A DNA stretch of 64,000 bases from a virus. The first letter of the stretch is position 1. Each line of letters starts with the position of its first letter. The stretch is taken from positions 1 to 64,000 of the IMG/VR virus record IMGVR_UViG_3300026097_000980. One strand, given 5' to 3'. A model generated the notes under the pieces. The model did no database searches. It was not told where the DNA came from and saw only the letters and a list, made by a program, of their open reading frames with translations. Both the position numbers and the translations under genes were made by a program. This document shows, in pieces, positions 7,886-18,087 of this stretch.

Positions 7886-10121
7886 CTATCACTGTTTCCT
7901 CGTTTAACTCTTCAACACTTATGATTGTTTCGTCGTTGACTATATCAACATTTACCTTTCCGCCGTCTGCTAACTTTCCAAAAAGAATTTCTTTACTTAC
8001 TGGCTTTTTAATTTTTTCGTCTATTAATCTTGCCAGTGGCCTAGCCCCCATCTGCGGATCAAAACCTTTATCTGCTAACCAAGAAATTGCGGTGTCTGTA
8101 AGTTCTATCGTGATATTTTGATCTACTATTTGTGTGTTCATTTCGATAATGAACTTTTTAACAATCTCTTTGATTGCTTTGGAACTTAGTTTGCTAAACT
8201 TAATGACAGAATCTAATCTATTTCTAAACTCCGGACTGAAGAATTGTTTTACTGCTTTTGTGTCTTCGCCTTCTCTTTCCAAACTGCCGAAACCAATAGT
8301 ATTCTGTTCATTGTCTGCGGCACCTAAGTTAGAAGTCATTACCAGTATACAATTCCTACCGTCTGCTGTTTTGCCATTACTACCAGTAATCATTCCGTTA
8401 TCCATAAGTTGTAATAACACACCGATCACATCAGGATGAGCTTTTTCAATCTCGTCGAGCAGTAAAATACAGTTCGGATGTTCTTGCAGTTCGGTTATAA
8501 GCTTGCCTGCATTTTCTTCATATCCGACATAACCCGGAGGCGCACCGATAAATTTTGCAACAGAATGTTTTTCCTGATATTCGCTCATATCAAACCTTAC
8601 CAGTTTAAGACTTAGCAGTTTTGCAAGTTGCTTTGCAGTTTCCGTTTTGCCGCAACCTGTCGGACCTAAGAATAAAAAGTTACCGACCGGTTTGTTAGGA
8701 ACTTTAAGTCCACTTTTAGCAATAAAAATTTTATCAAGAACTGTTTCTATTGCTTCGTCTTGCCCGAATACCTTTTCTTTTAATTTGGTTTCTAGTTTGT
8801 CTAAATTTTGATTTTCTTTTATATTAATACTTTCAACCGGCATCTTGAGCATTTTGCTAATTTCAAAATGAATTTGTTCTAAATCTACCACATTCAAATC
8901 TTCCGAATCTTTTAATTTGTATCTAGCGGACGCACAGTCGATGATATCAATCGCTTTGTCTGGAAGTTTTTTATCAGACATATACTTTATAGATAATTTA
9001 ACCGCCTGCTCTATTGCCTCGTCCGTGATTACAACATTATGAAATTCTTCGTAGTATTTCTTTAACCCGTTTAGAATTTTAATGGTATCGGCTTCGCTAG
9101 GCTCTTCGATGGAGATTCTTTGAAATCTTCTCATCAACGCTCGATCAGCTTCGAAATATTTTCTATATTCTTCCCAAGTAGTGCTGGCAACCAATTTAAT
9201 AACACCCTTAGTAAGGATAGGTTTTAAAATATTTGCAAGATCGTTAGCATTTTGACTTCCACTTCCTGCGCCATTCATCATATGAGCTTCGTCGATAAAC
9301 AGAATAACGTTTCCTATAGTTTCTAATGCTTTAAGAACAGCCTTTACTCGTTCTTCAAAATCACCTCGATACTTAGCACCTGCCAGCAATGCACTAATAT
9401 CTAACGAATACACAGTATGATCATACAAAAACTTGCTTACATTTTTTTCTAAAATTTGTTTAGCAAGTCCTTCTGCAATAGCAGTTTTACCCACACCTGG
9501 ATCGCCTACCATTAACACGTTGGCTTTATTTCGTCTAGCCAAAATCAGTTGCATTTCTTCTACTTCATCGGCTCTACCGATAACTGGATCGATTTTTCCT
9601 TGTTGTGCTTTCTTAGAAAGATTTTGACAGAATTCATCAATCACTTTATTTGCAGAGGATTTATAGGTTTGTCCTTCTTCTTCTGTATCGATGTAGGTAT
9701 CTTGAAAATATGTAAGTATTTTATTTTTAGTAATTCCTGCTTGTTTCAGAAAAATACAACTATGACTGTTTTCTTCTCCTAAAATGCTAATAATTAAATC
9801 CATAGGAGAAATTTCTTGTCTACTGCTAAACAAAGCTTGTGTGAAACAACGATTTAAAACACGATCAACTGAGTGTGTTTTTTTAGGCTTATCAAAATCT
9901 GAGCCTTTGATATTTTCTAAACCGTTTTCGATGTGGTCTTTAATAGCAGATTTAAGATCTTCTAGATAATCTGAAAATTGTGCTAACTCGTCATAAGTTT
10001 CATCGTCTAACAATATTGCATATAACAAATGATCTATTGTGACATATTGATGATTGTTTTCTATCGCAATGTCTTGACTCTTTTCAAAAATAGATTCTAC
10101 ACGGTCGCTTGGTGATATCAA
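7875..10121 (-). CDS. clpA: ATP-dependent Clp protease ATP-binding subunit ClpA
   Basis: Clp N domain, GDPGVGKT / LFIDEAH, GPTGCGKT / LLLDEIEKAH, IGF loop (NTIGFG), no ClpB middle domain. Confidence 0.93.
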   Translation of the reverse strand: MISPSDRVESIFEKSQDIAIENNHQYVTIDHLLYAILLDDETYDELAQFSDYLEDLKSAIKDHIENGLENIKGSDFDKPKKTHSVDRVLNRCFTQALFSSRQEISPMDLIISILGEENSHSCIFLKQAGITKNKILTYFQDTYIDTEEEGQTYKSSANKVIDEFCQNLSKKAQQGKIDPVIGRADEVEEMQLILARRNKANVLMVGDPGVGKTAIAEGLAKQILEKNVSKFLYDHTVYSLDISALLAGAKYRGDFEERVKAVLKALETIGNVILFIDEAHMMNGAGSGSQNANDLANILKPILTKGVIKLVASTTWEEYRKYFEADRALMRRFQRISIEEPSEADTIKILNGLKKYYEEFHNVVITDEAIEQAVKLSIKYMSDKKLPDKAIDIIDCASARYKLKDSEDLNVVDLEQIHFEISKMLKMPVESINIKENQNLDKLETKLKEKVFGQDEAIETVLDKIFIAKSGLKVPNKPVGNFLFLGPTGCGKTETAKQLAKLLSLKLVRFDMSEYQEKHSVAKFIGAPPGYVGYEENAGKLITELQEHPNCILLLDEIEKAHPDVIGVLLQLMDNGMITGSNGKTADGRNCILVMTSNLGAADNEQNTIGFGSLEREGEDTKAVKQFFSPEFRNRLDSVIKFSKLSSKAIKEIVKKFIIEMNTQIVDQNITIELTDTAISWLADKGFDPQMGARPLARLIDEKIKKPVSKEILFGKLADGGKVNVDIVNDETIISVEELNEETVIDAG

Positions 10122-10171
10122 AATTTTCTCCTAGTTGCAATATGTTATTGTAATTGAATTTTCACAGTTAA

Positions 10172-10990
10172 TCAATCTTTTAAGGATTCAATTGTCTTGA
10201 TTTTACTGTGGTCCTGTATCTTCGGTATTTTTACATTTACCTTTACCAATAAGGAACCTTTCTTTCCGTTTCTAATATTCGGTATTCCTTCGCTCCTGCA
10301 AGAAAATACAGTGTCTGGTTGTGTGCCCTTTGGTATATTGATATTTAAGGTTCTGTTATCAATTGTATTTACTGCTATTTTAGTTCCTAGTATAGCATCC
10401 CAGCAAGATATTTCTTTCCGAATAATTAAGTTATCACCTTCCCTTACAAAAATTCTATGTGGTAAAACTTGGACATGAATAATGAGGTCTCCTGGGTGCA
10501 GTCCCTGTATGCTGTTATCACCCATACCTGTGTATTTTATCTGCTGTCCGTTTTGTATTCCTGCAGGTATGTTGATGTTAACAATTTTTTTATTTCCTGT
10601 AGGCATAGCTATTTCGGCATCTAGTTCTTTACCGAATACAACATCCTCTAGTGTAATTTGCAGATTAATAGAAATATTTTTGTTTTTTCTAGGTTGACGT
10701 CCAAAGCCGAAATGATTTGAAAAAATATCTTCAAAGCCTGGCGGTACGTCATTAAATCCGAATCCGAAAGGACCTTGATTTGCTTGAGGACGATTAGGGT
10801 CTATTCCTAGATCGTACTGTTGCTTTTTCTGTGGATCGCTCAGAATATCATAAGCATTTGAAATATTTTGAAATGTTCCAGGATCTCCGCCTCGGTCGGG
10901 ATGGTGTTGCATCGCTAATTTACGATATGCTTTTTTAATTTCTTGTGTAGTTGCGTTTTTAGAAACACCTAAGATGCTATAATAATCCAT
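10172..10990 (-). CDS. dnaJ: DnaJ class B (CbpA-like) co-chaperone
   Basis: DYYSILGV..KKAYRKLA..HHPD J domain; G/F region; no Zn finger. Confidence 0.92.
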   Translation of the reverse strand: MDYYSILGVSKNATTQEIKKAYRKLAMQHHPDRGGDPGTFQNISNAYDILSDPQKKQQYDLGIDPNRPQANQGPFGFGFNDVPPGFEDIFSNHFGFGRQPRKNKNISINLQITLEDVVFGKELDAEIAMPTGNKKIVNINIPAGIQNGQQIKYTGMGDNSIQGLHPGDLIIHVQVLPHRIFVREGDNLIIRKEISCWDAILGTKIAVNTIDNRTLNINIPKGTQPDTVFSCRSEGIPNIRNGKKGSLLVKVNVKIPKIQDHSKIKTIESLKD

Positions 10991-11029
10991 ACAAATTACT
11001 TAGCATCATAGGTTTTGTTTAAAAAATTA

Positions 11030-11386
11030 TTATTTGGATGATGTGTCTTTCTTGCCTTTTTGTGCAATAGCATCAGCACCAAAGAATGCCGAAACTAATA
11101 CAGCAATTGACGCAAAGTATGTTGGTGCAATGTCAGCAATAAGTTGAGCGGCCGTATCCAGCCCGAATGCTGATGTTAGGAAAATACCAATCGGGTAAAG
11201 TAATAGTCCGAACAGTGCAAACCATGCCATTTTACGAATAGCATCGCGTTGTGCATCTGCATCTTCTAGTTCCTTACGCTTGAATTCCAAGTGCATCTCC
11301 ATTTCTTCTTTAGAAATATGTCCGTCGCCGTTTGCGTCCATACCTTCAACGCATTCTGCGTCGATTGTTTTTTTATCTTCTGCCAT
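11030..11386 (-). CDS. Putative holin-like 2-TM protein with N-terminal EF-hand
   Basis: DANGDGHISKEE loop; two hydrophobic helices; basic C-tail; next to spanins and endolysin. Confidence 0.6.
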   Translation of the reverse strand: MAEDKKTIDAECVEGMDANGDGHISKEEMEMHLEFKRKELEDADAQRDAIRKMAWFALFGLLLYPIGIFLTSAFGLDTAAQLIADIAPTYFASIAVLVSAFFGADAIAQKGKKDTSSK

Positions 11387-11419
11387 CAAATCGCTCCTTT
11401 TAAATGGTAAAAGTATTTA

Positions 11420-11839
11420 TTATTCTAGCGGAGTTTCTGAGACCACAGTATCATCTGCGTTAGGATCCACAGCATCTTCGTAGTATACGATGATCTGTGT
11501 TTGTTGATTTATATATCTACGCATTTCTGCAATATTAAGTGCAAGATTTTCGTAGTCTTTCATTGAAAGTGCCACGAACGCAACCTCGCCGTGCCGCTCT
11601 TTAAACTCCTCAAGGAAACCATCGAGAATACGTTCGTTAACAACATATACTCTTACGTCATTGAGCTGGACTGGCTTCGGTCGGCTCACTGTCGGTACTT
11701 GTGTTTTCTCCACCTTGGTTACTACTTTGATCTCCGGCTCCGGGCTGGGTATCAGACTGCAACCAGTTAGGTAAAGGGCGGTTAGTATCACCGCCAGTAT
11801 CTTCAATGATGCCGCGCCATAGTTTTGCTGTAGCGCCAT
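11420..11839 (-). CDS. Outer-membrane spanin (Rz1-like lipoprotein)
   Basis: Lipobox LTGC after hydrophobic stretch; Pro-rich; overlaps 3' end of i-spanin in another frame. Confidence 0.75.
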   Translation of the reverse strand: MALQQNYGAASLKILAVILTALYLTGCSLIPSPEPEIKVVTKVEKTQVPTVSRPKPVQLNDVRVYVVNERILDGFLEEFKERHGEVAFVALSMKDYENLALNIAEMRRYINQQTQIIVYYEDAVDPNADDTVVSETPLE

Positions 11840-12164
11840 TCATCTTCCCTTCTAAGGTTTCCGCATCTCGCAATGCGTCTTGTACTAAATCTAATCTATT
11901 CAGCTTGCTTTGCAGTTCGTCGCCATATGCTTCAGCGGCCTGTAGGTCTGCTTGCAGTTGTTGATTTAGTTCTTGAAATTTTGCCATGTCTTGTTGAAGC
12001 ATTTCTATGCTGGCTTCTGATATTTCCACGGCTGTTTCCAATTTTGCGTTATTCTCACGCAGTGTTGCTATTGTTGCTTGTGTGCTATCATAGTAATACT
12101 TGGCACCGTATGCAAAAGTACCAAGTATTCCTATTATGAATAATGCCGCATATATTTTAAGCAT
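11658..12164 (-). CDS. Inner-membrane spanin (Rz-like)
   Basis: N-terminal TM then long coiled coil; directly downstream of endolysin. Confidence 0.75.
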   Translation of the reverse strand: MLKIYAALFIIGILGTFAYGAKYYYDSTQATIATLRENNAKLETAVEISEASIEMLQQDMAKFQELNQQLQADLQAAEAYGDELQSKLNRLDLVQDALRDAETLEGKMNGATAKLWRGIIEDTGGDTNRPLPNWLQSDTQPGAGDQSSNQGGENTSTDSEPTEASPAQ

Positions 12165-12621
12165 TAATCCCTACTGAGTATTCTGTCTTGCCGTCAATGC
12201 GAGTTGCTGTTAAGCACTCTCCGCGGTTGTCACCGTCTGCAAGATATGAGACGTGAACCCAGCCACTGTCAGGGATACCTGGAGTATAAAACTCAAGGAT
12301 TAGCTGATCAAACTCTAGGTTGTCACGGATCCATTCTGCAAGCTCAGCATTTGGTACACCTGGTACTTCAATGTCAGCCGCTTCGCCTTTGCAGTGCTGT
12401 GAACGTGAACTACCACCAACCGCTTCGTTAAGTTCTGGCGAACGATAGCCACTGTTGAGAACAGTAGGACCAAAGTGATCTCTTACCTTTTGCACAACAT
12501 TTTCAAATAGTGCAACTGCGGCATCCAGGTGCTCGCCTTGTGGCGTATTGTCGATACCTTTTCTTTCTGCTGTTTGACTTTTTGTGAATTCAGCCATTGT
12601 AAAATTTTCTGATAAACGCAT
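12157..12621 (-). CDS. Endolysin, peptidase M15A family
   Basis: SGYRS..LN..VGG...SQH..G.AAD...WVHVS. Confidence 0.88.
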   Translation of the reverse strand: MRLSENFTMAEFTKSQTAERKGIDNTPQGEHLDAAVALFENVVQKVRDHFGPTVLNSGYRSPELNEAVGGSSRSQHCKGEAADIEVPGVPNAELAEWIRDNLEFDQLILEFYTPGIPDSGWVHVSYLADGDNRGECLTATRIDGKTEYSVGINA

Positions 12622-13334
12622 TATGAGCTCCTTTTTAAAAACAGTTGTTTATCTTGATTTGTAAAAACAAATCCTTCCCCTACTTTTTGTATGTTATAAT
12701 CTCCTAAAACTTTAGTTAGCCAAAACACTTCAGCCATTGCATCACTGTCAAGGCTAGGGCCTAAATTTTCAGAAAGATTACTTGATTGTTCTAGTGTTAC
12801 TTCTATACCAAACGGTTTCACAATTTTAATTTTATCGCCTTCTAAAACAAGATCATCCATTAATGTTTTATTAAAAAAGTTTTTGTATTCTTCAGTCTGT
12901 ACCTGTAACATTTTCTCTGAATATTTTTCAGAACTGTTTGGAATGATTTGTTCTATATTTTCTTTTGTGGCTACAACCTTGTTTTGATTTTTGTGGTAGG
13001 TAAAATTCCAATCTTTGGTATCTGATAACAACGACACTCCTGAAAGCATATCTAATAAATTTTCGCTAAGATTTTTGTTTCTCTGAACCTCGACAAAAAC
13101 GTTGTACCCGCCACTCGATATTTCACCACTGCTTACATCAGCATCTAAGACAAATTCATAACCTTTTTCTAAAAATTCCATTAGGTCTTTAGCAGGGTCT
13201 CTGTCTTTAACAAAAAAATTTACAACACAAACATCCTGGTCTTCCCCCATTTTTGATTGAAACATATCAATCTTTAAATCTGATGATACCAGTCCTTTAA
13301 GGTCGTGTTTTCGTAATCCTTCATTTAAATTCAT
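12621..13334 (-). CDS. Hypothetical phage protein
   Basis: 237-aa ORF in tightly coupled operon. Confidence 0.65.
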   Translation of the reverse strand: MNLNEGLRKHDLKGLVSSDLKIDMFQSKMGEDQDVCVVNFFVKDRDPAKDLMEFLEKGYEFVLDADVSSGEISSGGYNVFVEVQRNKNLSENLLDMLSGVSLLSDTKDWNFTYHKNQNKVVATKENIEQIIPNSSEKYSEKMLQVQTEEYKNFFNKTLMDDLVLEGDKIKIVKPFGIEVTLEQSSNLSENLGPSLDSDAMAEVFWLTKVLGDYNIQKVGEGFVFTNQDKQLFLKRSS

Positions 13335-13837
13335 GTTTCTAAATCCGATATTTCGTTAGACATCTCGTCTTGTGCGGGTTGTATTTTTTCGTCCGGTAAT
13401 TTGTCTTTCGGAGTGAATTCGGCGTATCTACCTTTTTGGATACTGCTCATTAGTTTCTTCGGCATAGAAATCTCTACCATCCAGACTGGAAACATATCAA
13501 TCTTTCCTTTTCTAGTACCTGGACGAATATCGTCCGGCTTACGAATTTTTCTTACTTTTTTAACTACGGATTCTGCAAATTTTACATCAATGTCGTATTG
13601 AAGCAATCTCATTCCACCTGCAGGATCTGGCATGTCTTCTTTAGGCCACATAAAAGTACATTTGACAAAATATTTACTATCATGAGGACCGGACACTAAC
13701 TCTCCGTCTTCCCAGTTATCAAATACATAAAGATTTAGTTCGTCTAGTACACGTTCAAAATCTTTTAAGATATCGAGGTAATCGTTGGAGCTGTATAAAT
13801 GTTCAATGTTAGCAATTATATCTTTGATATCGGTCAT
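13331..13837 (-). CDS. Hypothetical phage protein
   Basis: 168-aa ORF; GGAG RBS and TAAATA (13853-13858) upstream. Confidence 0.65.
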   Translation of the reverse strand: MTDIKDIIANIEHLYSSNDYLDILKDFERVLDELNLYVFDNWEDGELVSGPHDSKYFVKCTFMWPKEDMPDPAGGMRLLQYDIDVKFAESVVKKVRKIRKPDDIRPGTRKGKIDMFPVWMVEISMPKKLMSSIQKGRYAEFTPKDKLPDEKIQPAQDEMSNEISDLET

Positions 13838-13885
13838 GTTTTGTCTCCAATGTATTTATCGTTGCAATAAAACATCGGAAACTTA

Positions 13886-14212
13886 TCATCCACCGGGATT
13901 TTTGCTGAATAATTGTGTTTTTTCTGGCATTTCGGAATATTTTTCGTATTCAGGTAAAGGATCTTTTTCGTCTGTAATGTTCGGCCATTCCTGTGAAAAG
14001 TATAGATTGTGCTTATACCATTTGTCTTCTGCGTCGTCGGTTTGGTAGATTGCATCTTCAGGACATTCTGGTTCACACACTCCGCAGTCAATACATTCTT
14101 CGGGATTAATTACCAACATATTTTCGCCTTCGTAAAAGCAATCCACTGGGCATACGGAGACGCATGTGGTGTGTTTACACATAATGCATTTATCATCAAC
14201 TATATACGCCAT
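13886..14212 (-). CDS. fdxA: 7Fe ferredoxin (FdxA type)
   Basis: [21 protein letters not shown]...[12 protein letters not shown]. Confidence 0.92.
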   Translation of the reverse strand: MAYIVDDKCIMCKHTTCVSVCPVDCFYEGENMLVINPEECIDCGVCEPECPEDAIYQTDDAEDKWYKHNLYFSQEWPNITDEKDPLPEYEKYSEMPEKTQLFSKNPGG

Positions 14213-15114
14213 TAAAACGGTCTCCGTTTGTATTTAAAATAATTATATAATTTCATATCGTAAGACTCTGCTTTTATTAATTTATCAATATCCGGTTGAT
14301 TTAGAACATCATTTATGGTCCAATACTTTTCAACTAAATTTCCTGAGTTATTCCTGTTACTTTGCTCTATGAAATCTATTCCTGCGTAATTGCAAAAATC
14401 TTTTACGTTAGCGTCAAGCTTTTCTGTAGTTGTTATCCACCAAAATTCGTTAAAAAAAGTCGAAGCTAATTCGAACCAATCAACATTCTCCGGAGGGTTC
14501 CACATCCATTCAGGCCATGTTAGAGGTACTGCTCCTTTTTCGCTAATTCCAGCATCTGGACCAAATATATATTTAGGATGTCTATACCATGTATCGTTTT
14601 CTCGTTTTAGGAAATTTTTCACTATCCATTTACATTGTATGTTATGTTCGTAATAAATGTCCTGATACCATTCCCATAAACTATCATAATCTTCAGCTGT
14701 TTTTTTCTGTCTAAATGCGTTTTCATTCATTGAAGGTGTACACAGAGAAAATTGTTCTGGATCTTGATTTAAAATTGCAATTTCGTGTCTGTAATTAAAC
14801 GAACTTAAAAGTCTCTCTATAGGATTTCTTACAAACGTAATAATTCTAGGTTCTTTATTAACTTTAAGCCATCTATGACTATTGCAAAAAGTGCTATGTC
14901 CGGTAATTAATTTTATTTTTTTTTGTTGTTCTGTGGTTCTTTTAGATAATAACGGAATATTTGCTTTAGCATATTCTAAGTCTGAAACTCCTTGAACATA
15001 ATGATAGTGAGACAAATATCGATCATTGGTTCTATCGAGAAATCCACCGCTTGAATTTTCAAAATACGTTCCACCTGTTCGGGGAATATGAAAAAAAATA
15101 TAAATTGGCTCCAT
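14212..15114 (-). CDS. Sulfotransferase-family protein
   Basis: 5'-PSB-like FHIPRTGGT and 3'-PB-like [15 protein letters not shown]; C-terminal D..LY. Confidence 0.75.
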   Translation of the reverse strand: MEPIYIFFHIPRTGGTYFENSSGGFLDRTNDRYLSHYHYVQGVSDLEYAKANIPLLSKRTTEQQKKIKLITGHSTFCNSHRWLKVNKEPRIITFVRNPIERLLSSFNYRHEIAILNQDPEQFSLCTPSMNENAFRQKKTAEDYDSLWEWYQDIYYEHNIQCKWIVKNFLKRENDTWYRHPKYIFGPDAGISEKGAVPLTWPEWMWNPPENVDWFELASTFFNEFWWITTTEKLDANVKDFCNYAGIDFIEQSNRNNSGNLVEKYWTINDVLNQPDIDKLIKAESYDMKLYNYFKYKRRPF

Positions 15115-16028
15115 TACAATCTTGCTAATTTAATAAGTGTAGCCGCAAGATTGATTTCGGGATCTGCAACCAGTGTGTGATCGACTAACCCTTGCTTAAT
15201 AATTAAGACCGCTTTATCTTGCATTTCGTTATCTCCGAAAATTTCAATATTGTCATACAACCAGCGATACACTTCTTCCATTTCCTCAGCTCGAATCTTA
15301 CCACACAGCAGTTTTCGTGCCTCTTGAATTTTGCCAGCCTTAAATAGTTCCACCATATCAAATTTCCAATCTGCTTCGCCTTCGTCTCCTTTGCTAGGTG
15401 CATGTAAAACTCCGTCAGAAACATTTTGCTGAACCATATTAATGCATTTGCGAAGATCGGGATACGCAACCTTAACATAGCTATCTAGCACATCAAGATC
15501 AAACTCTACATTTTCTTCTACAAGAATAGTTGCTACCCTTGCTGTAAATTCAGTTTGATCAATCCTTTCGATGTGAAACCCTTGGCAACGACTGTGAATA
15601 GCAGGAATAATTCTGTTTGGATAGTTACAGGTTAAAATAAATCTAGCGGTTGCGTGATATTCTTCCATTACTCCACGCAGGGCCGCTTGTGCGTTTGGCG
15701 ATAGATAATCAGCCTCATCGAGCAACACTATTTTAAAAGGACCAAACGGAATCATCTGCACAAAGTTGGTGATTTTGTCTCGAACATCGTCTACCGAGTT
15801 AGTGCGACTGGCATTAATTTCTAATACATCGTAATCTTCAATCCCCAGTTCATTTACAAGAACTTTAGCCATTGTGGTTTTACCAATACCCGCCGAGCCG
15901 CTGAATAGCAAGTGCGGAATTGAACCGTCGTTAACCCAAGATTGAATCTGTTTTCTTTGATGTTCATCTTTGAACACATAGTCTTTAATTGTTTTTGGCC
16001 TATAAGCCTCTACCCATAATGTTTTCAT
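15114..16028 (-). CDS. Clamp loader small subunit (RFC / T4 gp44-like)
   Basis: LWVEAYRP, GSAGIGKTT, EINAS, LLDEAD, SRC motifs. Confidence 0.92.
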   Translation of the reverse strand: MKTLWVEAYRPKTIKDYVFKDEHQRKQIQSWVNDGSIPHLLFSGSAGIGKTTMAKVLVNELGIEDYDVLEINASRTNSVDDVRDKITNFVQMIPFGPFKIVLLDEADYLSPNAQAALRGVMEEYHATARFILTCNYPNRIIPAIHSRCQGFHIERIDQTEFTARVATILVEENVEFDLDVLDSYVKVAYPDLRKCINMVQQNVSDGVLHAPSKGDEGEADWKFDMVELFKAGKIQEARKLLCGKIRAEEMEEVYRWLYDNIEIFGDNEMQDKAVLIIKQGLVDHTLVADPEINLAATLIKLARL

Positions 16029-16201
16029 AGTTTAGTTTCCGCTAATACAATAAGTGTTGGTTCTTTTGGAGATTCTTTTTTAATTTCTTCTTGCACAGGT
16101 TCTTCTTCTTTGAATCTGTCAAATTCTTTGTTTTCTGATAAAATACTGCTTTGCGCCCAAATTGTAAAAAGACTTGCTACAATACTAAATGCTTCTGCCA
16201 T
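16025..16201 (-). CDS. Small hypothetical protein (start MAEAF)
   Basis: AGGA RBS; directly downstream of sigma70-type promoter. Confidence 0.45.
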   Translation of the reverse strand: MAEAFSIVASLFTIWAQSSILSENKEFDRFKEEEPVQEEIKKESPKEPTLIVLAETKL

Positions 16202-16223
16202 TTTCTTTTCCTGTTTATAGTTT

Positions 16224-16252
16224 AGTATACATAATTTTTTATTTTTTGTCAA
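16224..16252 (-). promoter_or_regulatory. Sigma70-type early promoter
   Basis: TTGACA-17-TATACT. Confidence 0.75.
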
Positions 16253-16258
16253 TATAAA

Positions 16259-17293
16259 TTATTCTGTCTGAACCAGCTGTATCAAGTTTGAACTTTTAGA
16301 ACAGTTTACTTCCGGTTGGCAATGACAGAAATCTGTTTGGCACGTTGTTGGAATAATGTCAGGATTAAACTTATTCTTAAAATTATCTTCGTAAATATTA
16401 TAAAAATAATCTTTCTGATATAATAGATTACCGCATATACCTTGAATATTTCCTGTCTTTCCTATAAACAGAGTTTCTACTCCAACATTACAAGACCACC
16501 CTTTAAAATTATTATAGCCATTTATTACTAACCAATTTTCTTTAACTTTTTTAGTAAAATTTTTAAAATAGACAGTAGGACCGATGTATTTAGGTTCTTT
16601 AAGTTTTTCAACAAATAAATTGTATAATAATCCAGGATGCCTAGTTTTAGTTTCTAAAAATTTTTTTTGTTCTTCTGAATATTTTATATCAGGATGAAAA
16701 ATAGGTCTGGCATTTATAGACCATCGGTATTTGCTCTTTTTTAAAATATCAATAAGGTTTAGACATTTTTTCCAGCAGTTCGGATCCATGAGGACCAAAC
16801 ACCAAAGTGCTACTCGATTTTTATAGAGTATGTCGCCGACTTTTGAAATATGAGTCGGATCAACCGATTCGTGATGTACACTAATACTTACATGATCTAA
16901 AAATTTACTATTATGCTTCCACCATCTGATAGACCTACTTCCGTTTGTTGTAATACTGATAGAACAATTAAACTTATCTTTAATACTTTTTGAAAACGGA
17001 ATAAGATCTTTCCATAAAGTCGGTTCTCCTCCACCTATGTGAATAATAAATTTTTTCTTGTTTGCATTTTTAGAATAGTAATTTAATAGATGTTCAAAGT
17101 TAGGCAAAATTTTATCTAATTTTGGCCATTGCTGGGTTTTTCCGTTAAAATTATCAGAACAATAAAAACACTTGTAGTTACAGAAATCGCTAAGAAAAAT
17201 TTCAATGCGAAGAGTGTCTTTCGGCATATTTGATTTTATTCTAATTAGCTCATTGTTTTCGCCAGGTATTGTTTGTTTTGTGAATATATGCAT
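16259..17293 (-). CDS. Radical SAM protein with C-terminal Cys-rich (SPASM/twitch-like) domain
   Basis: CNYKCFYC, GGGEPT, TNGS, NFKGWSC...CQTDFCHC. Confidence 0.88.
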   Translation of the reverse strand: MHIFTKQTIPGENNELIRIKSNMPKDTLRIEIFLSDFCNYKCFYCSDNFNGKTQQWPKLDKILPNFEHLLNYYSKNANKKKFIIHIGGGEPTLWKDLIPFSKSIKDKFNCSISITTNGSRSIRWWKHNSKFLDHVSISVHHESVDPTHISKVGDILYKNRVALWCLVLMDPNCWKKCLNLIDILKKSKYRWSINARPIFHPDIKYSEEQKKFLETKTRHPGLLYNLFVEKLKEPKYIGPTVYFKNFTKKVKENWLVINGYNNFKGWSCNVGVETLFIGKTGNIQGICGNLLYQKDYFYNIYEDNFKNKFNPDIIPTTCQTDFCHCQPEVNCSKSSNLIQLVQTE

Positions 17294-17321
17294 CTTTATC
17301 AGGTTTTTTAGATATAAAAGA

Positions 17322-17350
17322 ATTATATATGTAATTTATGTGAATGTCAA
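17322..17350 (-). promoter_or_regulatory. Sigma70-type promoter (perfect consensus)
   Basis: TTGACA-17-TATAAT. Confidence 0.75.
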
Positions 17351-18087
17351 ACGATATTTTTCTTTATATACTTCAAGACACGCTGTCTCATTTTGTATCT
17401 CTCGAAGTATTCGTAACAGTGTTCTAAACTTAGAATCTTGTTAAAGGGATATTTAATTGCAGTAAGTAATCCAGAGTAATCAGTTTCTTTGATTTCAGGC
17501 TCTTCAAATTCTATTAGCTTTACTCTTTCTGCGGTGTTCAGCCTAAAATAAGAAAGTGCATCACCTTTTTTAATTTTAACTTCTCTAGTATTGGGTAAAA
17601 ATTTAAAAGTAGGCTTCGCCGCCGGCCTATACCATTTTCCTATGTCGAAGCTTCCGCTGAATGCTTGTGTTTTTCTCGTGAAATCGTTATCGTCATAGTA
17701 AGCAGGCAGTTGGGTTCCTATTAAACTTTTTTCAGAAAAATAAAGATACGAAAACCCTAGCTGGTGAATGCCGAATACTCCTTGCGGTGGTCCTAAAAAC
17801 TGTTTTCCAATTTCTACATCGACATCGTCAATAATTAACCCGTCTTGATTAATTTTTATGCTTATGTCTATAGGACTTTTGATAACATATGTGTTTTTGA
17901 TGTCATCCACTATAGCCGGACATTGAGAAACCGCCGGTCCGAAATAATCTTTATACTTGATGTGTTTTGCCAACTGCACCGGCTCATATAACAAAACTGG
18001 ACTGATAAAAGATCTAGGATTATTGCCTAGTTTTACAATGTCATGCATACTAGGCATAAACCTAGTCCAGTATACATTAACGGTCAT
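17347..18087 (-). CDS. Hypothetical phage protein
   Basis: 246-aa ORF; CPA..D...N.Y.IKSP and G.FDIGKWYRP motifs. Confidence 0.6.
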   Translation of the reverse strand: MTVNVYWTRFMPSMHDIVKLGNNPRSFISPVLLYEPVQLAKHIKYKDYFGPAVSQCPAIVDDIKNTYVIKSPIDISIKINQDGLIIDDVDVEIGKQFLGPPQGVFGIHQLGFSYLYFSEKSLIGTQLPAYYDDNDFTRKTQAFSGSFDIGKWYRPAAKPTFKFLPNTREVKIKKGDALSYFRLNTAERVKLIEFEEPEIKETDYSGLLTAIKYPFNKILSLEHCYEYFERYKMRQRVLKYIKKNIV

